Assembly: GCF_001194135.2 (NCBI RefSeq)
Contig: NC_068992.1
Location: forward strand, 33,647,135 to 33,711,134
Length of the DNA stretch: 64,000 nucleotides
Origin: Octopus bimaculoides
Taxonomy: Eukaryota
Reading direction: 5' to 3'
Every line of letters begins with the position of its first letter. Position 1 is the first letter of the stretch. Of this stretch, positions 12,099 through 24,590 are shown in pieces. The position numbers and the translations under genes are program-made. The notes beneath the pieces were generated by a model. It was given only the letters and a program-made list of their open reading frames with translations. It did not search any database and was not told where the DNA came from.

Positions 12099-14809
12099 CT
12101 ATGAAGAACATAAAGTGTAGCCAATGTAGAATCATACATTAATTAGCCCATCCTTTAATGTATTTCAGAGCCAGAATTTGAGACTTCTCAAATTGAACAA
12201 TCATACATCAGCCCAAACTCATTTTCATATCAGACTGATGTCACCTTGATCTGAATATGACATTGGGCCAATATCAACCCAATGTAAGAGACCAAAATCT
12301 CATATTGGCCTGACATTAGGGAATGTTGTGCCATGTTACAAAATGAGATCAGGCCAAAATCAAACCAACACAATTTCTAATGTAGGGCCAATATAGGTAA
12401 CAAAATTGGTTTGATATCAGCCTGGTATGATTTTGTTATCTGGGTACTGTACAAACAACTTACATTTTTTAAACCACATTGAGTTAAAAATATTTCTAAA
12501 TGATTAAAATATTGTGTACATCAAAAAGTCGACATTTTTTTTCTTAGAGAGTACGAAGACTATATATGTGTATATGTCACAGATAGCAGATGTGTGCTTG
12601 TGTTGATTGACATGCCATGACATTCATTATATGTGTGTGTATTCTGTATGTATGTATGTATGAGTGTTGACATCACAGAGGCCATGTATTTTTCGTCAAG
12701 AAATAACAAACAAGAATTGTTTAATTTTAATTGTTTTCATTAATAAATAGAGGTCCAGATATCACACAAATTTGTACTGCACTGCCAAAGGTAAGTATGA
12801 AAATAAATAAGCAAAAGAAATTAAGATAAAATATACTATTTTTGAGATATTTCAAGTACACTCAAACATCTCTAGAGCTTTAGTATTATTAAGATAGGTG
12901 TTGAAAAGCATTATCATCAAAAAAATCATAAACATATGTAGGAAATGAAATCAAGAGTATGTGGGGAGAAGCTCTTCATAGAAGTAGATTAAGATAAATT
13001 TTTATGTATATTAGAGGCTCTGATGAAGCTATAGGCTGATACACAAACACTCAACTAAGAGTGCTCTGCACCCTATAGCAGAATCAGTTGTAAACCAATG
13101 AAGTTAATGGCATAATTTCTTAGTTATTTTTACACACACACACACACACACATTATATATATATATATATATATTTACCGGTATTGTTCACTTAAAAGTT
13201 TTAATTGGTGGTAATCATGTATAGCACTATTTCATTCTTTTTAGAAATCATCGTCATGATATTACTTGACATTAATTAGACATTTTATGAAGTGAGGTAT
13301 TTCATGAAAGATGAAGTTAATTACAATCTGAAGGAAATTTATGTGTTTTTCTTTTTCATAGAACGTTAGTAGTTTAGAAATCAAGTGAAAAGATAGAACG
13401 TCATTAGTATTTACATACAGAATAATAGTAGTTTCGAAGGGAATACTACCTTGTAAAAACGTCTTATAGTTGCCTATAATTTCAACTTCAGTGGCAAACA
13501 ATTCCACAAGATGTTTTCCGTTATGTTATTTGAGGTGTAAATAATTGTTTCAAGCTGCTATTTCTTATTGGTAATCCTTTACATATGTAGTCAAACGAAC
13601 ATCTATTCAAAAACAGACAAAACTTGACCACTGTTAAATTCTCGTGAAAGCAACTGCAATTTTTCAAATACATGTGGTTCCTTTTAGTGATGGCAGTAAA
13701 TACAGGGGAGATAATCATTCACAACCCCCACGCTGTGAGATGGAATCAGAAATTTGTATTTGACATTAAGAAATTATGAGGAAAATGATATAAAGAATTC
13801 ACATATTTAACTTATTATGCTTATTATGAAGTTTAAGCACACATGCACGCATTTCAATTTAATTTTGGTATTAACCTTCTAGTTTGCTTTAGAAAGCCTG
13901 TTTATTGATATATATATATATTCATTTATATAGATAGATAGATAGATAGATAGAAAGAAATATGCTGCACAAGTATGCTCTTACACACATGTACATATTT
14001 TAAAAAATGTGCTGCATGTAAATACATACATACATGTGATCATATATTCTGGTCCATCATTCACTGCAGTTCTGTACTTTCCATCTTCATTCACTTCTGT
14101 ATCACTTCCTTGCACAGTACATAAATTTCTTACGTAGCATAAGTTGGCCCGTTTTTAAGATTGAATAAAACCTTTGGTTGCCACATCTTTGGCATCTAGA
14201 TACAGCACACTTTATTCAATCTTAAAAACAGTTATGGGGTTGAAAATTTTCTGGAAAACACTTGTTGATGAGCCATCTGAAGTTTACAATTCTTGGCGCA
14301 AAATGTGACATGTGTAGACTGAGCAAACAAAAATACTCTCCTTTTGTTGCAGAAATTCCAGAAGAGTTTGATCAAGGATGGATTGTCCTGGAAAGCTCTG
14401 TAATCTTACATGAGGAGTCTGGTTTGTTGCCATACAAAGCAAACACCAAAGAGAAGAAAACACGATAGGTAAAACATCTTCTCAATGTTTTGAGTCTCAA
14501 CCAAAATTTTGAAGGGCTAATTTGAAAGTTTGAAATTTGATACTTGATGTATTTTATGTCAATTATCGAAAATATTCCATGTCTTGTTACATTACAGTGG
14601 ATGTCTTTGATTGAGTTGTACAGATAGGCATCTAATTTTGTATATTCATTTTTTTTTTCTGAGAATTCAATAGTTGAGCGTGGCTTTTATTGAAATTAGC
14701 TATGAAACATTGAGTATACCACGGACGTCAATTGTGCTGAATCATTCCTTCATTTTGTAGACACTTTATTTTGGTCTTAATAAAGTGTTCATGTTGTCTA
14801 TTATTTCTT

Positions 14810-15200
14810 GTGGAAATTGGTTTGATGTCCTCAACGTCCACTCCTGACCTGAGACACAGTGCTCCCTTGTTAAGTGTTTTAAGAATGAGCTAGTATTACA
14901 TAGGTGGTAAGGTACTGCCAAACTGCAGTTAAACGGAAGTGTGAAGGTACCATCTTCGCCATTTAAAGTCAGGACCAGGTACTGCAATTGCCTAAGGTTC
15001 AAAGGCCTACAGCTCTTTAATGTTTAGCCAAAAAACTTAAGACACCTACACAATGTGGACATGGATGGCATCATAAAGGAACTAGACATCCTCTTATTCA
15101 TGATATTGGATGAACCAAAGGTCCAGGATGGGGTATAGATGAGGGCAGCAGTGTCAACTCACTCGTACACCAAATGGGCCATTAACTGAAGCAAAAACAG
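14810..15200 (+). mobile_element. CR1-group LINE 3' relic
   Basis: Plus frame VRTRYCNCLRFKGLQLFNV*PKNLRHL...LDILLFMILDEPKVQDGV*MRAAVS resembles the GPxLFNxLP...LD...PDEP...RAA.SNS LINE C-terminus. Confidence 0.65.
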
Positions 15201-15337
15201 AAACAGGAGTGGTGAAATGAAATCCCACCATCCTGAAAGAATCAGCCAAAGAAGAATGATATATAAGAGTACAAAATCATGGTGATGCTCCCACATGTGA
15301 ACTGCCACATGGCTGAAATGAATGAAAGGATAAAATA

Positions 15338-15700
15338 GTGGCTGTGTGGTAAGAAGCTTCCCAACTACATGGTTCCAAGTTCAGTCCCACTGCGTGCCAC
15401 TTTGGACAAGTGTCTTCTACTATGGCCTCAGCCCAACCAAAGCCTTGTGAGTGGATTTGATAGACGGAAACTGAAAGAAGCCTGTCATATATATCTATAT
15501 ATATATATGTATACGTATACAGTTATGTGTGTGTCTGTGTTTGTCCCCACTGTCACCAATTGACATACCTGTAAGCTAGTGGTTCAGCAAAAGATACTGA
15601 TAAAATAAGTACTAAGTTTAAAAAGTATGTCCTGGGGTCAATTTGTTTGACTAAAACCCCTTAAGGCGGTGCTCCAAATGACTGAAACAACTAGAAGAAT
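15338..15700 (+). mobile_element. tRNA-derived SINE (abundant octopus-type family)
   Basis: GTGGTAAGAAGCTT...GTTCAGTCCCACTGCG...CCAAAGCCTTGTGAGTGGATTTG...GAAACTGAAAGAAGCC recurs many times in the window. Confidence 0.85.
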
Positions 15701-17450
15701 ATATATGATGTCCTGGGTTCAATTTATAGCATTGCATGTTAAGTAAATGCTACTGTCTATAGTTTTGAGTAAATGCATGCCATATAAGTGAAATTGGAAG
15801 GACAGAAGGTGTTTAGAAATTATTATTGCCCCCATATTTCCTTTGATACTCCAATGTCACACACCACTGTGTCATACTAATTCTGCCTGAAAATGTCATA
15901 AAAGTCTTGCAGGCCTATTGAATGCTGACCCACATACACATTAATTCAGGGGCTGATAATTCAGTTGATCAAACAAAGGAAGACTATTGTCAAGCGGCAA
16001 AGGTATATATATACACATATATGTATGAGATTGAGAAAAAGAGAGAGGTATACAGACAATCTGGAAGATAGACATATAAGCACATACATAAATACAAAGA
16101 CACACATGACTACATAATCTATAAGATTATATGTGCATATATGTTTCTTACAGGATGAAACATATGTGTGTGTGTCTGTTTGTGTTTATATACATGCATA
16201 GAAACATGAAAGACAGAAAAAGAGAGTGAGAGAGGAGTAAACTTGTTGCTACAGAAAATGTTGTCCATAAGTTGTCCATGTTGCAGTTCTTCAAAGCTAA
16301 CATTACTATTGAGTTTATTGTTCCCTTCAAATCAAAACAGCAACATGGAGAATTTTGTGTTTCACTGCCGGAATTCTTTTCAGATTGAATACTTTCAAGA
16401 TGATTTGCAAAACATCATTCATTCAGTACTAAGAGGCCAAAAGAAAGTAGAAATTCTTTGAGGAAAGGGAAAATATATTATTTAGTTATATCACTGTATT
16501 GATGTGATGTTGCTACGAAGATATTGCACACTGAATAATAGCACCAGATGGTATTTAAAAAAATGTCATTAATTTGTGATTCTGCTGTGCATAACTGAAA
16601 AAAATATATATATGGCAGAGAAAAATATTCATTCACTGTCAGTTCATTATCCATAGAAAAAAAAACCAACCACATATTTCAAAGAAACATGGATATATAC
16701 AGATTCTAGTCTTATTATTTTCTTCTTTTTATCATTTAGATGTCTTCAGTTTTGTGCAATTATGGTATTTTCGTTTTGTTGGTTTGCCAGGAAATTCTGC
16801 AGTAATTTTCTTTTGGGGAATCAATGATACAGGAAGTAATGGGAAAGTTGTGTCTTCACTGTAAAAAGATTCAAATTATTTCTAATCAGAAATATATGAG
16901 GTCTCTTAGGAAGGTGAACATTAATGCAATTTAGATAACAATCTTTGATTAGTGCACTTTCGGAAAGTGTATTTTCAAATGTTTTGTCATGATATATTCA
17001 GATAAAAATCTTTGTAACTACTGATTATAACAAAAAAGTGCGTAAATCAGGGATCAAAACCTTCCTTCTCATATATTTATTAAAGATAGTTACTAGTTTG
17101 CATTTCCTCATTGAAGGTTAACAATTGCTAACTATATCTGCACCAAATCTGTATTAACATAAAAACATGTTGTATCAGTTTCTCGCATGATGAGTAGCAA
17201 ATTTGTAGCCTCCTCTTTGGTGCTGTGTACTCTTGTATATATGACACTGGATTTAATTTCCATTACTTATCTGCTAGCTGAAGGGAGAGAAAGACAGACA
17301 ATTTGATTGTTAGATAGCAAGGGAATAACTCTGATATTTCAGGACTAACCATTTATATAATTCTGTCTCATTCTCCTACTTTATAATTTTTGCCAATGTA
17401 AACCACCATCAGTTTCCTTTGGGTTGTTTACATTTTTAACCTTAAACAAG

Positions 17451-19445
17451 GTCAAGGTCAGATCCTCTGGTATGAAGGAAATAAATGCTAGTTATGTAGA
17501 ATAGATTTTATACACAGTATATATAAGCACATCCCTTAATAGTAACTGTTGTAAAGTGGTCTTTTAACACTGCTGTATCTGTCTTTTGATGACGGTTGTT
17601 GCTCTGACAGATATTGTTATATTCGAAAGTCATTGATAGAATGGTTCTATCGGGAATTCAGTATCAAAGTATAATTACTATATCAGCACAGACATGACTA
17701 TCAACTCAGTCTACACTTACTCTCGACCTTCTACCTTCTTCCTGTCGACTGGCTACTGGTCTGTTTTTAATGGCTGGCTACTACCACTTTTTACTAGGAG
17801 GTGTGTACAGTTTCACTGTACAACAGTATTTTAAGCCTTGGGTCTATCATGGCTCTACAGCATCATTAGGTAAGAACTAGTTCATTTCTGTTTCTGTGGA
17901 AGAAATTACAATATTCTCCTATCCTCAGGATGCCAGTTCATCACAAGGCCAACCCAGTGCTGTTGCTGGTGCTATTATTAACTGAGTGGGTTATAGCAAT
18001 GTGAAATAAAAAGTTTTGCCTCAAGAACACAACACATACCCTGTCAGAGAATTGAAACTACAACTTTACAATCACAAGTTCAATACCAGCATAGGGTTTG
18101 CATTATTTGTATTTTAAGTTCTCTTTTTCTTTGTCATCCTTCCCTCCAGATAATCTACATTAGAGCATATTAGTAATTAGTATGGGAGGTTTACTGTAAG
18201 CTGTATCAACTACAAATTTTATCTTCACCAGAAATTTTAGCAGATAAAGGATGTTTTTGAATCTTATCATTCATTTTTAGACTTTCCTGAGGCTGGATCG
18301 GCAAAACTGATCTCTTGCCTTTTCTATTTATAAATAGATTCCTGGACTTATTTTTCTAGAAACTTGACTGATTACTTTACACAAACACACACACGTTCAC
18401 TCACTCACTCACTCTCCCCCTCTCTCTCTCTTAAACTTAGTAGGATTGAGTCTGTGTTTTCTCAGGCTATGTCTAACTTAATAGCTTTACTTGATGAATT
18501 TCTTTAGTCTTATTTTAGGGCACTACAGCACATTCAGTAGAAGAAATTGATCTGAAGAAATTGTCTAGGTAATCTTTGAATGTTGCTTTTCTTTTCTTTT
18601 GTTTGTTTTGGAATAGTGCTCAGTACAACAAAGCCAGCTGAATTAAAAACTGTGTTACAATGTAGTTACATAATGTGAGCTTGACTTTTTTGCAGGAGAA
18701 CATAGCACAGATGTTCAGCAGTAACTGTTATTTAAAATTGATGCTAATATTACTTGGTCATTGCTAAGGTGACGAGCTGGCAGAATTGTTAACTTGCTGC
18801 ACTAAATACTTAGTAGCATTTTGTCTGGGATGTTGCCCCCACTCCCATAGTAGCCAGCCTTGGGCCAAAATTTGAAACTAGTGTTTCTTGGACATTGTTG
18901 ACAAACTATTTCCTACAATGTACAAATGAAATTATGCTCACAGTAACTCTGGACAGAACAGAATTTAAACCTTTGACTTCTGTAGCTGAAAGCTGTTATT
19001 GCATTGTTTTTTTCTTCTTTTTTGTAATTGCAGTCAGAGTTACTTAACTTCTCATAATTCTGTTGAATCCAGAGTAAGCAATATTAATCAAGAAAAGATA
19101 TTGCAACGGTAGAAAATAAAAGGACAATAGCATCGTGATCTCCGAGTTTCTTAGGTCTGAGGATGCAGGGGCATGTCCTGTAAACTATGTTGACCTTATC
19201 ATCAATATAGGTGCTACAGCTACGGTTGTTGTCAACAGTTATACCTAAATTTCTAACATTTATTAAATGTTATGAAAGGTTCTCTTGAGGGAAGATAATA
19301 TTGTTATTTAATTGAATCTTCCCTTCTAAAGTGATTACATTTCAACTTTTCCTGATTTATTAGCATATTGTCTTTGTTTCTTTTTCCTGCCCATTCACAG
19401 CAAATAGAATGGAATAAAGTTATACCTGATCACTTACACCACTGA
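17451..19445 (+). CDS. Candidate 3' exons of an unknown spliced gene (17451-17469, 18519-18568, 19034-19073, 19401-19445)
   Basis: All AG/GT bounded, most with pyrimidine-rich acceptors, and phases are compatible. Spliced product SRSDPL-GTTAHSVEEIDLKKLS-SQSYLTSHNSVESR-QIEWNKVIPDHLHH*. No homolog recognised. Confidence 0.3.
17830..18090 (-). mobile_element. tRNA-derived SINE (second family), diverged
   Basis: Reverse-oriented similarity to the head and body of the 27165 copy (CTCAAGAACACAACACA...GAATTGAAAC). Confidence 0.6.
19153..19196 (+). ncRNA. Hammerhead-like motif, decayed
   Basis: AGGT-CTGAGGA-TGCAGG-ggcatgt-CCTGTA-AAC-TAT-GTT-G-ACCT. Core and stem II are present, but G12 is missing and the stem I register is imperfect. 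Confidence 0.45.
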
Positions 19446-19932
19446 TGACTTTCTGAAGTTTAGATTCAGCTGTGAAATTTGCATTTAAGAATCTTTGACT
19501 ACATTTGTGACATTGTTTATATAAATTACTAAGTAAAGTGAGCCCAACACAGCAACACACCTTGAGGAACACTACTAGTAGTGAGTTTGAGTGGATTTGA
19601 TATATGACATCATGTGTCTATTTTATTTGAAAACATTGCAATAGATTTCCATGAAATCAGAAAATGAATAGTTTTTCAAAAAATTACTGTAGTTATTTAT
19701 GTCAAGTTTTTGATGGTGTTAGGGTACCTCTACTATCTCAGCCTTTGCTGCAGCAACTACTTCCGGAAAATTCCCACAAGGATTACTTTACACGGATACT
19801 TACTACTGAAATGAAACTACACTCCAAGTACTGTTCTCTCTTTCTTTCTTTTTTCAGTGCATCACACTCACTCTCACTTCATACTATAACTCTCCGCCTA
19901 TGGATATAATAATCGATTCCTTTACTATTTCT

Positions 19933-19981
19933 GTCTCCGATGAAGGGAAGTACTGGATCTTCCCAGAAACAGCTGTAAGAC
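19933..19981 (+). ncRNA. Minimal type-I hammerhead ribozyme motif (PLE-type)
   Basis: GTCT-CCGATGA-A-GGGAAG-tactggat-CTTCCC-A-GAAA-CAGCTG-TA-AGAC. 4-bp stem I, 6-bp stem II, palindromic ACAGCTGT stem III, GUA site; U4>C variant. Confidence 0.7.
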
Positions 19982-20829
19982 TCTATCCATAAAATATATT
20001 TCCAACTTTACCATTGCTGTCTTTATCTTTTTATATATTTATACATACACACACTAATACACGACTTATAATCCCCAATCCTGTTCATACAACGACTGGG
20101 GCAAAACTAGTCAGTATACAGCACTTACTCGGTATTACCTGTATCTTTTTGGGTTTGGTTAAATCCAATACCCTCCTCAACCTTATATATATATATATGT
20201 ATGTATGTATATATATATATATGTATGTATATGTGCATGTCTGTATTTGTGCATATATGTGTATGTATGTATGTATGTATGTTGTGTGTGCGTGTGTGTG
20301 TGTGTGCATGTTTCCAACCTAGTACACATCTAAATCTCATTTTACAGTGCAAATTATAATTACTATTATTATTCATTAATTTATCTATGTACCCACACAT
20401 TTTCGTTTATTCACTGCTGTATGTTATAATAAACTTAAGAAACCCTATGTTCAATTCAGTTCTTTCTCACTTTGATGCTCATTACAATTATTATTATTGT
20501 TATCCATTCTTTTATTTCTTTATCTTTGTCAGAATGTTTGGCTTACTCCATTCTGTAGGTTATAGCTATAGTTAAAGTTAAGAATGCAAATTTTCAATTG
20601 TTTCACTCTATAGCACTCTTTATAATTATTATTGTTATTCATTTAGTGGCATGTTATAGCAAAGTTAAGAAATCCAATTATCTAATTCTGTTTACTCTTG
20701 CTCTAAATCTCGAATATTCCATCTCTTCATGCTTTGTTTTCGACCAGCCCTAATTGTGGAAAATTTCAATGCTCTCCCTCTCCCTCCCAGTTTCATTAAC
20801 CACTAGCATTTCCCTTGTTGAATGTTAAT

Positions 20830-23800
20830 TAGTAGCTCGCTTTGTCTTTGGCTATGCCACGTTGGGTTCTGCTAGGGAATAAGGCAGCCACAGTGTTTTG
20901 CCAGTCACTGTGCAACCCCCTCACCATCCAACCCCACCCCACCACCTATACCGGAAGTTTTTATCCTTTGACCTCTATTGGATGTCTTTCCCCTGAGCAC
21001 CTCTAACAGCTTACTATATGGAATACCCCCCACCCACTTCCCACTCCATCCCTACCTAGTGTCCATCTCCTGTTGAATGTAGGGATTATGTAGCAAATAA
21101 AATGATGGTGTAGTGTATGCCGGTTGAAGTCTACTTGTATGTTTACGAGATCTGCCAAATGCAAGCTTTCTTTTCAGATGCATAATGCTGCTGTCCCCCA
21201 TCTCAGGGTCTCATCAGCCCACACCTTCCACACCCTCAGAGTTGGCTCACTTAATATTGGCACATTGAAAGGTAGGTCTCGTGAGATTGTTGAGATGCTT
21301 GAACAAAGACGTAGATTTGTGCTGGATCCAAGAAGTAAGGTAGAGAAGAAGTTCTGCTAGATTCCGCACAGGCAAAGAACATGGGTATAAGATTTTCTGG
21401 GTAGGGAACACCGATAGGGTTGGGGGCATGGGTATACTCTTTGCGGAGAAATGGGTTGGTAAGGTAATCGAGGTAGTCAAAGTCTGTGATAGAATACTTA
21501 GGCTGAGATTAGTGCTGCAACGTGGATTAGCAACCATTATCTTGGCCTATTCCCCTCCAGCCAGGGCTACCTGATGAAAAGGAAGACTCATTTTATGACA
21601 CCCTCTTGCAGACTACCTCATCGATGAATGACAAGGACCCTCTTTTTGAGGGTGGTGACTTCAATGGGCATGTTGGACAACATCCAGGGAGTTTCCATGG
21701 TGTACATGGTGGCAATGGATTTGGTTCCCGCAATGAAGAGGCAACCAGGCTGCTGGAGTTCTGTGATGCAAATGATCTAATGATCTGTAATACTAACTTC
21801 AGGAAACCTGCTAGTTAACTGTTCACCTACCAGTCTGGTGGGCACATTGCTCAGATTGATTACATTCTCACCAGTAAACAGGAAAGATGGCTACTTAGAA
21901 ATGGCAAAACTTTCCCAGGTGAAGAATGCACCCCATAACATAGGTTAGTAGTTAATGATTTCAGGATCAGGGCTAAATAGCTGCCAACAAGATGACCAGC
22001 ATGGAAAAGAAGGGTCTGAAAGCTTGAGGATTCTCTGAATGGACAGAGATTTAGAGATGCATTACTTGAGGCTTATGACAAAAAACAGGAGGATATAACA
22101 TCTCATAATTACAGGAAGCTCCTACAGGACAACCTGTTGAGGGTTAATGACCAGCTTTGTGGCTGGTGAAAAGACCCCTCTTGACATAAAGTAATGTTAT
22201 GGTGGGACAATGTAGTTGACAGGGTATTAGGGAAAATAAACAGGCATGGAAGTATGGTGGTAGCAGGGAAGTATATCAGATTGCCTGAAGGGATTGCCTG
22301 AAGGGATTGCCTGAAGCTAAGTGACAGGTTTACTTAGCCAGTGGGGAAGCAGATAACAAAAAATTTAACAATGTTCTGTGTTGTGAGGACCTGAGACTTG
22401 AAGTATTTCATATTGCAAGACAGTATGTGTGAGAGAATCACGATTTCATAGGAGGGAAATGTGTATGCATGGATGATGGCTCACTTGCATTTAATGATGC
22501 TGCAAAGAGGGAAACTTGGAGATACCACTTTGAAAGGTTGCTAAATGAAGAGAATGAATGGGAGAAAGAGAGTCTGCTGAATGTTGACCCAACAGAAGGA
22601 AGGCTATTTGAATTGACAGTACCTTGGTAGATAAAGCAATTAAGGGTATGAAGACAGGGAAAGTGCCCGGCCCATCAGGAATCACTGCTGTAATGCTTAA
22701 AATATTTAGCAGTGTAGTATATAGTCTAGTAACCCGTCTGATGAACCAGGTGATACATGAAAGAGTCATACCTAATGACTGGTGTAGCAGCACCATAGTC
22801 AAGGTGATGCAACAGACAGGAATAATTACAGAGGTATCAAATTGTTGGATCAGGTGATGAAAGTCACAGAGAGGGTCTTAGCCCAACTAATAAGAGAGCG
22901 AGTTAGTTTAGATGAGATGCAGTTTGGGTTTCTGCCAGGGAGAAGCACCACTGATGCTATATTTCTAGTAAGGCAGTTGCAGGAGAAATTCCTATCCAAA
23001 GATAAACTTCTGTACAAGCCATGTACAAGGATGCTGTCAGTAAAGTGAGGGTTGGCAACGAGTTTAGTGAAGGATTCTGGGTAGAAGTAAGGATTCACCA
23101 AGGATCAGTCCTCAGCTCCCTCTTATTCATCATATTACTCCAGGCAATAGCAAAGGAATTCAAGACAGGATATCCCTAGGAGCGTCTTTATGCTGATGAC
23201 TTTGCTCTAAATGCGAAGTCACTGCCAGAACTAGAGAAGTTTCAGGTGTGGAAGCAAGGTTAAAAATAAAAGGGCCTTAGAGTCAATCTAGCAAAAACCA
23301 AAGTCTTAGTAAGTAGGAAGTCAGACAAATCAAAAATCTCTTCAAATAGATGGCCCTGCTCAATCTGTAGAAAAGGAGTAGGAAGAAACTCCATAAGATG
23401 TTCCTAGTGTAAGCTATGGGCACATAAGATGTGCAGCAATAGCAAAGGAAGGTTAACTGGGAAGATAGTTTTTGCATGTGACAGATGCACAGGGGCAATA
23501 AACACTGAAGAGGTACAGAAAACAGATTCCATAACATGCCAAAGGAAAAAACTAAAAGTAGTTGATAGCTTCTGTTACCTAGGTGACCAAGTCAGTTGCA
23601 GGGTGGATGCTCTGAGAGCATAGCTGCTAGAATAATAATAGCCTGGGCAAAGTTCAGAACCTCTGCTGGTAACAAAGGGCTACTCACTTAGAGTGAAAAG
23701 TAGACTGTGTGATGTCTGTGTGCAAACAGCCATGCTACATAGCAGTGAAACATGGGCTGTGACTGCTGAGGACATGCCTAGACTTGAAAGAAATGAAGCT

Positions 23801-24590
23801 AGTATGCTTCGCTAGATGTGTAATGTCAGTGTGCATACAGAACAGATTGTAAGTGCCCTGAGAGAAAAGTTGGACATAAGAAGCATCAAATGTTGTGTGG
23901 AAGAGAGACGACTGCACTGGTATGATCATGTGTTGTGTATGGATGAGGACAGCTGTTTGAAGAAGTGCCAAACCCTAACAGTGGAGGGAGCCTGTGGAAG
24001 AGGTAGACCCTGGAATGAGGTAGTGAAGCAGAACCTTCAAACGCTGGGCCTCACAGAGGCAAGGACAAGCAACCGAGACCTTTAGAGATATGCTGTACTT
24101 GAGAAGACCTAGAAAACCAAGTGAGATTGTAGCTATGGCCAATGCCAGTGTCACATAACCAGCCCATTTAAAAGTATCCTTCAATCATCAGGCAATATAC
24201 TGTGCATGAGAAGACCTGTTGAGTCAAGTGAAATTGCAGTTGTGGTCAATGCAAGTGCCGTTTGACTGGCACATAAAAAGCACCATTCGAGTACGGCCAG
24301 TGTCAGTGCTGGTGGCATGCAAAAAGCACCATTCGAGCATGGTCAATGCCAGTGCTGCCTGACTGGCTCCTGTGCTGGTGGCATGTAAAAAGCATCACTT
24401 GAGTGTAGTTAATGCCAGTGCCGCCTGACTGGTCCCTGTGCTAGTGGAACGTACAAAGCACCCTCTACACTCTAGAAACCATGCCAGATCAGATTGAAGC
24501 CTGGTACAGCTTCCTGGCTTGCCAGTCCTCAGTCAAACTGTCCAATCCATGCCAACATGGAAAGTGGACGTTTAATGATGATGATGATGC
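20830..24590 (+). mobile_element. Near full-length, inactivated RTE-clade LINE
   Basis: APE domain (RVGSLNIGTL, GGDFNGHVG, QIDYIL) and RT domain (QFGFLPGRSTTDAIF, QGSVLSSLLF, LYADDFAL), C-terminal GRGRP, minisatellite 3'UTR and (GAT)n tail. Many stops and frameshifts. 5' boundary approximate. Confidence 0.95.
24240..24470 (+). repeat. Degenerate tandem repeats (about 45-65 bp) in the RTE 3'UTR
   Basis: Recurring GCCAGTG...CTGACTGG...GGTGGCATG.AAAAAGCACC units; the same motif occurs at 53845-54000. Confidence 0.8.

Noticed and set aside
13018-13075. CTGATGA-AGC..GCT-GATAC as a hammerhead
   Set aside because: GAAA is mutated and stems I and III cannot be formed.
13262-13718. Two minus-strand ORFs as host exons
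   Set aside because: There are stops after the only good acceptor, and ILWNCLP resembles a decayed LINE C-terminus. Not enough support either way.
14766-15002. Protein-like 78-aa minus-strand ORF
   Set aside because: It is the antisense shadow of a CR1-group LINE relic on the + strand.
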